Source: Haliotis rubra (Eukaryota). Taken from it: a DNA stretch of 64,000 nt. This document shows, piece after piece, positions 26,886 through 37,724 of the stretch (positions are counted from its first letter, which is position 1; each line of letters begins with the position of its first letter). Location of the stretch: contig NW_025766503.1 of assembly GCF_003918875.1 (NCBI RefSeq), positions 310,001 through 374,000 on the forward strand, written 5' to 3'. The translations under genes were made by a program, and so were the position numbers. The notes beneath the pieces are model-generated. The model was not told the origin of the DNA. It saw nothing but the letters and a program-made list of their open reading frames with translations, and made no database searches.

Positions 26886-28091
26886 GATCAATGTACAGGC
26901 ACATCTTCACAATGGGTATAGATCGATGTACAGGCACATCCTCACAATGGGTATAGATCGATGTACAGGCACATCCTCACAATGGGTATAGATCAATGTA
27001 CAGGCACATCCCCACAATGGGTATAGATCGATGTACAGGCACATCCTCACAATGGGTATAGATCAATGTACAGGCACATCCCCACAATGGGTATAGATCA
27101 ATGTACAGGCACATCCCCACAATGGGTATAGATCAATGTACAGGCACATCCCCACAATGGGTATAGATCGATGTACAGGCACATCCCCACAATGGGTATA
27201 GATCGATGTACAGGCACATCCCCACAATGGGTATAGATCGATGTACAGGCACATCCCCACAATGGGTATAGATCGATGTACAGGCACATCCCCACAATGG
27301 GTATAGATCGATGTACAGGCACATCCCCACAATGGGTATAGATCAATGTACAGGCACATCCCCACAATGGGTATAGATCGATGTACAGGCACATCCTCAC
27401 AATGGGTATAGATCAATGTACAGGCACATCCCCACAATGGGTATAGATCAATGTACAGGCACATCCTCACAATGGGTATAGATCGATGTACAGGCACATC
27501 CTAACAATGGGTATAGATTCATGTACAGGCACATCCCCACAATGGATATAGATCAATGTACAGGCACATCCTCACAATGGGTATAGATCGATGTACAGGC
27601 ACATCCCCACAATGGGTATAGATCAATGTACAGGCACATCCCCACAATGGGTATAGATCAATGTACAGGCACATCCTCACAATGGGTATAGATCAATGTA
27701 CAGGCACATCCTAACAATGGGTATAGATCAATGTACAGGCACATCCTCACAATGGGTATAGATCAATGTACAGGCACATCCTAACAATGGGTATAGATCA
27801 ATGTACAGGCACATCCTCACAATGGGTATAGATCAATGTACAGGCACATCCTCACAATGGGTATAGATCAATGTACAGGCACATCCTCACAATGGGTATA
27901 GATCAATGTACAGGCACATCCTAACAATGGGTATAGATCAATGTACAGGCACATCCCCACAATGGGTATAGATCAATGTACAGGCACATCCTAACAATGG
28001 GTATAGATCGATGTACAGGCACATCCTAACAATGGGTATAGATCAATGTACAGGCACATCCCCACAATGGATATAGATCAATGTACAGGCA
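26886..28091. repeat. Homogeneous 35-bp minisatellite, about 34 copies, in the ALPK1 3' region
   Basis: Unit gatcaatgtacaggcacatccccacaatgggtata. It starts 30 bp past the ALPK1 stop codon. Confidence 0.97.
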
Positions 28092-28121
28092 TGTTGTGAC
28101 ACAGTGACCAGAGCAGGCCAT

Positions 28122-28526
28122 CTACTGCTGTGGTCTGGTCAGCCCAAGAGTTGAGCAGATACTGTTACACTGTGGGTGCACCTTGGACCAAAACAGTTTC
28201 ATTCCTTCCTCCTGCCTGTCTGCAGGGCTAAACCTGCGGAACCCCTTTGTGTGGAACTGGGGGTCAGTGAGATAGATGATGCCGTTTCCTTCCCTTGGGA
28301 TCCAGCCCTGGATGTCCACGATCATCAGCATTCCTTGGGACTCACAGAATGAGAAGTGTGTCAAGGCTGTGGCCAGCTCCTCTCCATGATGCTCCTTCTT
28401 GCAGAAGTCCAGGTTGTTGGTGAGCTTGATGAAATCTCCGTAGAGGTATGGCTCCACGTTTACCCAGTCTTCTAAGTGATCGTCTGGCGTCAGGAGCTGA
28501 AGATGGGCTGCCGGTAGGAACTGCAC
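28122..28526 (-). CDS. ALPK1: ALPK1 coding exon 9, alpha-kinase C-lobe and stop
   Basis: VEPYLYGDFIKLTNN, ALTHFSF, IVDIQGW, YLTDPQFH and HPQCNSIC (zinc ligands) are alpha-kinase motifs. atacag acceptor. Confidence 0.95.
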   Translation of the reverse strand: MQFLPAAHLQLLTPDDHLEDWVNVEPYLYGDFIKLTNNLDFCKKEHHGEELATALTHFSFCESQGMLMIVDIQGWIPREGNGIIYLTDPQFHTKGFRRFSPADRQEEGMKLFWSKVHPQCNSICSTLGLTRPQQ

Positions 28527-28859
28527 CTGTATCCATAACAACTTCAATGTTTCACATCAGTCCAAACTGTTCTTGACTTAGGTGCCATTTAACAGAAAAT
28601 TAGCATGCAAAGATTTTTCAGGTCATTATCCAGAAGTGATTCATACAGATGTCTATTTTTATCACTCAACTTTTATTTATTTACAAACCACTTGAAGTCA
28701 TTCCTGATTGAAAATGAACAGAAATAAGTAGAACTTGCACATGGTGCATTTAGGATAATTGTAAATGAAGTACATAGATCATGCACACAGTTAAACTGGG
28801 CCGAGGGTGCCACAAGTCTTGTTACAAATATCATGTTGTGCTTAATGACTGAAGCTCAC

Positions 28860-28992
28860 CTGGATGTTGCTGTGGTAGTTGTGGAGGGCTTGATTGAACC
28901 TGGTCACATAGTAGCCAGCCATCATCTGACACACCACATCCTGCTGGTAGTACCGTGCTGGGCGCTGCTGTCGGTACCGCTTGCAGACATAC
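28860..28992 (-). CDS. ALPK1: ALPK1 coding exon 8 (RYVCKRY...DVVCQMMAGYYVTRFNQAL)
   Basis: Contains the catalytic Lys motif YVxK. Bounded by tacag and gtgagc, phases 2-0 consistent. Not in the ORF track. Confidence 0.93.
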
Positions 28993-29520
28993 CTGTAGCC
29001 AGAGATATGCACATACCTGCATCAAGACACACAGACAAGTAGCTAGGTGCACAGAGGTTACCTGTAGCCAGACCAGTAGCTAGGTGCACAGAGGCTACCT
29101 GTAGCCAGAGATATGCACATGCCTGCATCAAGACCCACAGACCAGTATCTAGGCACACAGAGGTTACCTGCAGCCAGACCAGTAGCTAGGCACACAGAGG
29201 TTACCTGTAGCCAGACCAGTAGCTAGGTGCACAGAGGTTACCTGTAGCCAGAGATATACACATACCTGCATCAAGACCCACAGACCAGTAGCTAGGCACA
29301 CAGAGGTTACCTGTAGCCAGACCAATAGCTACGTGCACAGAGGTTACCTGTATCCGGACCAGTAGCTAGATGCACAGAGGTTACCTGTAGCCAGACCAAT
29401 AGCTACATGCACAGAGGTTACCTGTAGCCAGACCAATAGCTACGTGCACAGAGGTTACCTGTAGCCAGACCAGTAGCTAGGTGCACAGAGGTTACCTGTA
29501 GCCAGACCAATAGCTAGGTG
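28993..29520. repeat. Minisatellite of about 37 bp containing copies of the exon 8 acceptor
   Basis: acctgtagccaga (ctggctacag|gt on the - strand) is repeated more than 10 times. Confidence 0.9.
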
Positions 29521-29600
29521 AAGGGAGGTTGATGGAAGAAGTAGACTTCAAACACCACCTGACAGTTGCCCTACCTGCCCAGAGGTTCCTCATGATGGAG

Positions 29601-29771
29601 TGAGTGAGTGAGTATGGTTTTACGCCGCTTTTAGCAATGTTCCAGCAATATCACGGCGGGGGACACCAGACATGGGCTTCACACATTTGTGCCCATGTGG
29701 GGATTCGAACCCGGTTCTTCGGCGTGACGAGCGGGCGCTCTAACCACTAGACTACCCCACCACCCCCCCTT
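29601..29771 (-). mobile_element. tRNA-derived SINE (family A)
   Basis: A box tagtctagtgg, B box ggttcgaatcc, (ctca)n tail and 9-bp TSD atgatggag (29592-29600 and 29772-29780). Confidence 0.9.
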
Positions 29772-29817
29772 ATGATGGAGAAAGTAGACCTCAAACACCT
29801 CCTGACAGTTGCCCTAC

Positions 29818-29977
29818 CTGCCCAGAGGTTCCTCCTGATGGAGAAAGTAGACCTCAAACACCTCCCGACAGTTGCCCTTTCTGTTGCCTCCCAGGTCCAG
29901 CTCCTGTCCCGTGTGGACCAGTGTATTCTGAGACTGCCAGTCTCCTGTCACAGGGTTGTATGTCAGCAGCAGGGCCC
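29818..29977 (-). CDS. ALPK1: ALPK1 coding exon 7, alpha-kinase N-lobe (RALLLTYNPVTGDW...LHQEEPLGR)
   Basis: Matches vertebrate ALPK1 ALLLKY...LHQEEILGRYV. Bounded by tacag and gtaggg, 160 nt. Not in the ORF track. Confidence 0.93.
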
Positions 29978-30579
29978 CTGTAGTGGAACATTAGCATGGG
30001 GGTGTTACACCACAAAACAAAAGTAGGTAATCACATTCTGCAGTAAAAGGGATAATCAGCAACATTATGTGTCAATAATCCACAGGCAATTTGAAACTAA
30101 TTATGTGTAAACTAAGGTATTGCTCTACTGCTGTATTACCCTAACTGGGAGTTGTATTGGACTATCTGGCTATCTGGTCATCAAAATGTGGTTGGCCTTT
30201 CCTAAATGGGAAGTTTTGAGAAAAAGCAAAATACCTTTGTGTTTAAGTGTATATATTGTTTCAGCAGAATCAAACTACTCTCTAAGTGTACATGCAGATG
30301 ATGGATGATTCCATGTACATGAGAGGGGAGAATGTGTATGGTGCTTGTAGCCCATATGCTGTAAATAGGTAAGAGGCATTAGAATAAACTCTTAAGGAGG
30401 TCACTAACATTCACATAAAGGATTATGAGTTAATGGCATAACCTTGACAAGGTCCCAATGCAAAGAGAAAACTCAGTATTGGCAATGAAAAGCAAAACTA
30501 CTTTGCCAACAGTTATAAGTAAGGTTTAAGATTTAAATACTTCTAATCTGACAATAGAAGCATGTTTGATTGAACTCAC

Positions 30580-31843
30580 TATTTACTTTAATAGTCTCAT
30601 CCACTGTTGGCGGCATCCAGTGCTCCAGGTACTCCTCAGCACTCCTGGTTTCAACACTGTGACCAAACTGAAGGCTCTCCAGGGAGCTGTTTACTGTGGA
30701 GGAACGCAGATCCACCAGGGGAGATAACTCACCGATCTCAGACAGATTATGCCACTCCTCTGTGGGGGCAGACAGGTCCACATAAGAGGAGGAAGATCCA
30801 TTGGAGCTTTGCTGTGAGGGAGATGGGGAGAAACTATACCCAGACTCCCCAGATACTTTAGCAGAAGAGGAGGAAGCAGAGGACAGGCTTACTGATCCTG
30901 AACTAGATGAAGTGGACTTCCTTGAGGCTGAGCTGTCTGTCACTGATTTATCTGAGGAAGCAGAGGTGGAAGTCTGACTGGTAGATTGGGTAGTAGGTGC
31001 AATATTCTTGTCATCAAATACTCTCGAAATGTCTGGGTCTGAATTGAGATCAAGGTTGCTAAATTTCTCTGCAGTTGCACTTATGGAAACAACCGATAGA
31101 TTTACAAGTTCTGGATCCTCTGTGTGTTCATCTTGGCTGGAAGAGACCCCTGATTCAGATTGACTAGAAGAACCTGATGTTGTTGAGAATGAAGATGCAT
31201 CTACCGTTAGTCCTATATACTTCCTTGAGTACAAATCTGTAGCTTTGGGGTTCTGACTCTTTACAGCTCCTGGAAATGTGCCAGGATTCTGTCTGGAAGC
31301 AGGTGTCAAAGGATTCACCACAGCAGGAACTGTACCTGCTTTGTCTGACATGTGTTCTGCTTTTGATGACTCTTTAGAACAATCAGCTTTCCTTGCTGCT
31401 TTGTCCAAGGAGTCTTCTGATGATGATGCTGACAGTTCCACATTCATTGAGACATCATCAGTGCCTTGTAGTGAGGGTAATCCCAGAATGCCTAGTGATG
31501 CATTCATGAATGATACAGAGTTACTGGTATGTTCCAAGTTTGTCACAAGTTGACGTCTGCTCTGACAGGAACAAAGATGGCGGTACAGCTCAATACTGAT
31601 CTGCTCCAGGTACTTGGATAATGAACGGTCTTGTGGAAAGGGAGAAAAATATAAGGTCAAATGAATCAGGAAAATGGCTCTCACAAACTCAAAGTATGTT
31701 TCCAGACTTTTGAGATTGCTGACAGTTTCATGGGTAGTCAGAGTTTTCTTAATGTCTGCAACAATGGTCTGGAACCACTGGAACTCTCTCAAAGATGGTG
31801 GCTGTTGCAGAGCAAACATCAGCAAGGATTCCTCAGCAACAAG
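30580..31843 (-). CDS. ALPK1: ALPK1 coding exon 6, end of N-terminal domain plus long Ser-rich linker
   Basis: 1264 nt inside ORF 30533..31921. tttcag acceptor (phase 0) and gtgagt donor (phase 1) fit both neighbouring exons. Confidence 0.88.
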
Positions 31844-32406
31844 CTGAAACAATACAACCTGGGTTATGTTTGGCAGAAACGTAAACAGTACTATAGTACT
31901 TATAGTACTGTAACCCATCAAACAATATTTGGAATCATGCTTCCAGTTTACCTACATTGTCTTCCTGCATCATTCACTTCCTGCATCATTCACATTCTTC
32001 CTCTAAACTAGAATATACTTTATGGCAGTTTGCCATCACATATAACTATTGGAAACTTTGGAAGATCTCTCAATTACATGTCAGTAAGATGTAATCAATG
32101 GTGCCTTCTCAAAAACTAAAAGGCACACAGAGAGAGGATCAAACCTTGCTACATGCTACAAGTCAACAAATATGTCAAAGTGAAAATACATATGGACTTT
32201 GAATAAAGTCTGACAGAATATCACTAACCTGCCATGTCCAGAATAAGCAAACCTTTAGGTTTACTATGAAAACGTAATTGAATTTGTCCCCTAAAATCTG
32301 CAATCACTTGATTCTGTTGGCCCCACAGAACCTATTCTATCAGAGTGCTGAGACATTAAGTCCTTGGATTAAATATCTAGCTTCAGCTCATGTCTTCATC
32401 ACTCAC

Positions 32407-32672
32407 TTGATGTTTGGCAATGTAGAGAGTCTGTCCCAGATCTTTAATGTATTTGACAGCATCCATTCCCTTTAAATATGCCTCGTAGCAGGGATGAGAC
32501 TGGGAGAAGAGTGCAGGGTACTTTTGTTTCATTTCGTTGTAGTCAGCCACAGTAAGCCTTTTCAGGCATTTGGTGAGAAGTCCAAGGGAGGAGGATGTTC
32601 CCTTGTCATCATGGATCTTGTTGAAGGAATCAACCGATTCTACCAAAGGCTCAATAGCATCTTTCCACATTC
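32407..32672 (-). CDS. ALPK1: ALPK1 coding exon 5 (GMWKDAIE...DDKGTSSSLGLL)
   Basis: Aligns with human GMWYEAAE...PDKKGLSTSLGIL. Bounded by tttag and gtgagt. Confidence 0.92.
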
Positions 32673-33274
32673 CTAAACACAGTAAAAACAAACTAGGGAC
32701 CTCAAGGTATATCTATTATCATGCATGTTATTTTTAAGAACAATTCTTCCATTTTTTACGTTACTAATATTTCAAAAACAATTCATGTGTGTTACTTGTT
32801 TATCAAACAAAAACTTGATCTGAATTGAAATGTTGTGCCAAATTGTATATGTCATGTGAATTACGGTTTTGAATTGGTCCCCAGTAACTCCAGCTTGTTG
32901 TAAGAGGCTTAGTGACATGGCACCACATCCTCTCAATGACAGACAGGCTCCCAACTCATAGCTGTAATACTGGCTGTAGTGTTAAACATCAAACAGATCA
33001 TGTTACCACAAGTTACCAATCTGCCTGTTTCCCAGCCATTGCTGTAGATTCCCCTTACTATATCGCACTACTTGTGCATGGACTGCAGTAAATCAAACAC
33101 TTTAACACAGACATTCTACTGAGACAAGATAAAACAGGATCCCTATCAGATGCCCAAATCCTGGTCAAGAATACTGCCTTGCATGCACACCAGTCAGAAT
33201 TGAAGAACCTTTCTTATCATCTGTATCAGACAGTTTCAGTGGACCATTGATCAAAGAATAAAATACAAACATAC

Positions 33275-33364
33275 CTAGATTGTGAAGTATATGACCCTTA
33301 ATCTGGACACAAACAGCCTTGACATTGTTGTATTGGTCATCATCTTTGTAGTCCCACACACTTT
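33275..33364 (-). CDS. ALPK1: ALPK1 coding exon 4 (ESVWDYKDDDQYNNVKAVCVQIKGHILHNLG)
   Basis: Aligns with human W-Y...VQSVCIQIRGQILQKLG. Bounded by cttccag and gtatgt, 90 nt. Confidence 0.9.
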   Translation of the reverse strand, partial: KVCGTTKMMTNTTMSRLFVSRLRVIYFTI

Positions 33365-34807
33365 CTGGAAGACAAGAAACCAATTCATCACCTTTGTAGT
33401 CCCACACACTTTCTGGAAGACAAGTCCCAAACCAATTCATCACCTTTGTAGAAACCAATTCATCATCTTTAGTCCCACACTTTGAAGACAAGAACCACCA
33501 TCCCACACTTTCTGGAAGACAAGAAACAATTCATCTTTAGTGGTCCCACAAGACAAGAAACCAATTCATCATCTTTGTAGTCCCACACACTTTCTGGAAG
33601 ACAAGAAACCAATTCATCATCTTTGTAGTCCCACACTTTCTGGAAGACAAGAAACCAATTCATCATCTTTGTAGTCCCACACTTTCTGGAAGACAAGAAA
33701 CCAATTCATCATCTTTGTAGTCCCACACACTTTCTGGAAGACAAGAAACCAATTCATCATCTTTGTAGTCCCACACTTTCTGGAAGACAAGAAACCAATT
33801 CATCATCTTTGTAGTCCCACACACTTTCTGGAAGACAAGAAACCAATTCATCATCTTTAAAGTCCCACACACTTTCTGGAAGACAAGAAACCAATTCATC
33901 ATCTTTGTAGTCCCACACACTTTCTGGAAGAAAAGAAACCAATACATCATCTTTGTAGTCCCACACTTTCTGGAAGACAAGAAACCAATACATCATCTTT
34001 GTAGTCCCACACTTTCTGGAAGACAAGAAACCAATACATCATCTTTGTAGTCCCACACTTTCTGGAAGACAAGAAACCAATTCATCATCTTTGTAGACCC
34101 ACACACTTTCTGGAAGACAAGAAACCATTTCATCATCTTTAAAGTCCCACACTTTCTGGAAGACAAGAAACCATTTCATCATCTTTGTAGTCCCACACTT
34201 TCTGGAAGACAAGAAACCATTTCATCATCTTTAAAGTCCCACACTTTCTGGAAGACAAGAAACCATTTCATCATCTTTGTAGTCCCACACTTTCTGGAAG
34301 ACAAGAAACCAATTCATCATCTTTAAAGTCCCACACTTTCTGGAAGACAAGAAACCATTTCATCATCACTTTTGGAAATTTCATCTAAGAAACCATTTCA
34401 TCATCTTTAAAGTCCCACACTTTCTGGAAGACAAGAAACCATTTCATCATCTTTAAAGTAGACACCTGGAAGACACACTTTCTAAAGGACAGACAGACAG
34501 AAACCATTTCATCATCTTTAAAGTCCCACACTTTCTGGAAGACAAGAAACCATTTCATCATCTTTAAAGTCCCACACTTTCTGGAAGACAAGAAACCATT
34601 TCATCATCTTTAAAGTCCCACACTTTCTGGAAGACAAGAAACCATTTCATCATCTTTGTAGTCCCACACTTTCTGGAAGACAAGAAACCATATCATCATC
34701 TTTAAAGTCCCACACTTTCTGGAAGACAAGAAACCATTTCATCATCTTTGTAGTCCCACACTTTCTGGAAGACAAGAAACCAATACATCATCTTTGTAGT
34801 CCCACAT
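33337..34807. repeat. 46/48-bp minisatellite made of the exon 4 acceptor plus exon start, about 30 copies
   Basis: The - strand unit is attggtttcttgtcttccag|aaagtgtg(tg)ggactacaaagatgatga. Confidence 0.95.
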
Positions 34808-35393
34808 AGTATACTACTGATCACAATTTGCTAAGGATCACAAAAATCCACAACTTTACTTAAATGTAGATTCATAATTTGAAATTGTATCCATATAAAA
34901 CTGTTTAAATAATAACATGGTAAGCCCTCTCTAGGCAAACAGTCACTTTAATCTAACCTTATGCACTTGATACATGAGTAACCATAAAAATGGTTTTCAT
35001 GGCACCAATCAACCATTTCGCAAATCATGGAAAGAGTCATTGACAAGTACACAACACCTGTCAATAGCAGGTATTGGATCCACAAGATGAAAAGACACAC
35101 CGAAACCTAGGATCCATGCTTACAATAAGCTTAGATATTTAAATCCAATTTGAACCCACATCATAGTTTTCTGTTGAATCCATGATTTGATCCTTAGCAA
35201 AGTGTGAATAGCATATTTGGAAACGAGAGACCATTACATCATGTTTACAGTTTTACAGATTTTAGAAAACAACAACAGGAGAGACTAGTATATCATCTTG
35301 AAGGTCACAAATGCTCACTAAAAAAACAAGAGAGCTTTAATATAATGATGTCAGATGAATCATGAAGTATGTACACGAGTGAATCCACTTTAC

Positions 35394-35640
35394 CCCTTGT
35401 TATGACAGCATCCAGGACACGGACAGCTCCGTGAAGGTCACCATCATCTTTCATGACCCGAGCCTTCCTGATGATGACTTGTGGCGCCACTGGCGTGTGG
35501 GGCCCTCCGTCCAGGAGGATGTCCAACACTCGCAGCAGGGCCCTGGAGGCCCCAAACCTGTATGCAGCTCTGTCTACCACATAGATGAGTGCTGCCATGG
35601 TCACCAAGTCATCTGCTCCTGCTGCCTTTGCTATGCATCT
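35394..35640 (-). CDS. ALPK1: ALPK1 coding exon 3 (VVDRAAY...PVAPQVIIRKARV)
   Basis: Aligns with human LVDRFLY...PIAPQVVIRQARI. Bounded by tttag and gtaaag. Confidence 0.93.
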
Positions 35641-36522
35641 CTAAACAAACACATATTCAATATGGATTCTGTAGTTACCATGTTCAAGACAAATGTATGT
35701 ATGGGATTTTATTACCCTTAAGATAAATTTGTTGAATTCTGATTGGTCAATAACCATTGCATACAAAATCATGTAGGCAGATTAGCCAGGGTGTACGAAC
35801 TGTACGAATCTGTCACTTGACACACTACATTGGGTGTACAAACGACCTTGACCTTAGACAGAATGTGGCCGCCAAACAGCTTATCGCTTCAGAATTTTAG
35901 AGTTGGCATATACAATTATGAGTATAAACAAAGTAATAAAATTGTTGCCATAATTTCTTATTTGTTTGCTTCAATAAAAATATAAAAAAAGGAAAATGTT
36001 TCTGTATTTCAGTTATTGTTTAACAAAAAAAAGGAGAATTCGATCATTTTATCATAAACTAAGCCATCATGAGCTATCTCCCTTTATGTGACTGTTGACT
36101 GTTTGATTAAACATACAATATAAAGTTTGTCGTTTTTGTTATTTTCTATTGAATGTTGTTTTTTTAAGATAAGCTAAATAAAGAGATCATAAGAGTAATA
36201 CATTTGTTACACAGTGTTTTGAAAGGGTGGGCGGTAGGACTGTAACGATACATCGAACTATCAATGGATTGCAATTGTTGAGTCTCCGATAGCAATTAAT
36301 CAATGGTAGAAATGAAAGTGGGTGGGACTGTAAGGCCCTTTAACTAATAATGTACTGGGATTATCCAGTTTCATCATCATTTGCCTCTTAGTTACAGAGG
36401 ACAGTTTTAAAATCTATGACAGAATATAACATAACATATTCTGTTCGTGTCAAATAGACGTAAGGATGTTTGAATAAAAAATGAATTGGAGAAACTTTTT
36501 GAAAAGAAATCCAATTTCTTAC

Positions 36523-36737
36523 ATAGAGAATCTCAATATGGTTCATGCGTGGTAGAGTGTCATTGGTTTCAGCCATCATTTCAGGGGTGACATCTGGTGG
36601 AAGAAATGGTCGCTCCTGATGTAGTGCTAACTGGATCATATCAGAGATATTGCTAGGCAACAGTGACAGCCAAGTTTGAAGATTCCTGTCTTGAGATGTG
36701 CCTTCACTAGCCTCCCCATAGACCTGCCGGAGAAGCT
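36523..36737 (-). CDS. ALPK1: ALPK1 coding exon 2 (...LLPSNISDMIQLALHQERPFLP...)
   Basis: Resembles human [22 protein letters not shown]. Bounded by ttccag and gtaaga, phases 1-0. Confidence 0.85.
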
Positions 36738-37264
36738 CTGGAAATTCCAAAATTCAGTTTCAGGTGACAAGCAAATATTAGTTTCAGTGATTCTGCTCAT
36801 CTTCTCAACCAGATGGAGATACAATCTCAGGATGCCAAACATAAACATTTAATCATGAGACATATAGAATATCACCTGTCTCTCAGGATATCGACAATAT
36901 CACTTCCATCTTTAGACAGACAGACATACAGAATCTCACCTGTATTTGGGGATATCAAATATAACACTTCCATCATCACACAGACATACTACACTGGCTA
37001 CATTGGACAGTGGGAGACACTACTGGCAGGTTACCGTACGTCTGCATCATTTGGGCTTACCTCCCACATTCAACTTACATACCATTGGTTAACTGGACTA
37101 CTGTAAAAAGCAGTATTGATCCCAACTCACTCACTCATAATGATACTGTACTGTATCGAAAATCAGTTACAAGAACTAAAGTAATACCTCTGTTTGATGA
37201 GAGTACATGTATAATTTGATGTTCAACCTCCAGATAGACTAGAGGAAAGAACTGACAAGTCACT

Positions 37265-37382
37265 TTGGGATATGATGACATGTGTCAACCAAGTCAATGA
37301 GCCTGACCACCCGATCCCGTTAGTTGCCTCTTATAACAAGCATTGGTTAGTGAAGATCAATTCTAACCCGGATCTTCACGGG
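37265..37382 (-). mobile_element. Family B SINE, 5' part
   Basis: Same 5' end (cccgtgaagatccgggttagaa) as the copy ending at 17786. Confidence 0.8.
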
Positions 37383-37459
37383 TATCAAGGCAGAAGAAAA
37401 TACTCCTTAAATGTAAACTGGCATGTTCTATAGATAATAACATTAACTGTTGCACTCAC

Positions 37460-37514
37460 CACCATCTTGAATTGTTTCTAGCTTGAAGATGTCCAGAATT
37501 TCTTTTTCTGCCAT
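37460..37514 (-). CDS. ALPK1: ALPK1 coding exon 1 (MAEKEILDIFKLETIQDG)
   Basis: aacATGG Kozak context, open frame to a gtgagt donor, and phase 1 matching exon 2. The coding exons sum to 2835 nt (944 aa plus stop). Confidence 0.7.
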
Positions 37515-37724
37515 GTTGTTTTTTTTATCTTGATCTGACCTTGAAAAATAAGAGTTACTTCACAATCAACTGGAGCCAGGATATTTGAGTACATGTATTA
37601 GATTTGTAGGTTTGTAATCTTCATTAAGATTGTGAGTACATATGTTTGGAAACTGCTTTGAAGAAGTTTTGCCAACAGTGTTTAGGCTATGTTGACTCCA
37701 CATAGCTGAAGAATAATGACAATT

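Noticed and set aside
26886-28091. CRISPR-like array with 35-bp periodicity (also 33337-34807 and 53420-54830)
   Set aside because: Units are contiguous with no unique spacers, there are no cas genes, and the context is eukaryotic.
33337-34807. Synthetic multi-FLAG vector contamination
   Set aside because: The units carry the native intron acceptor and continue into an ALPK1-homologous exon. No vector sequence is present.
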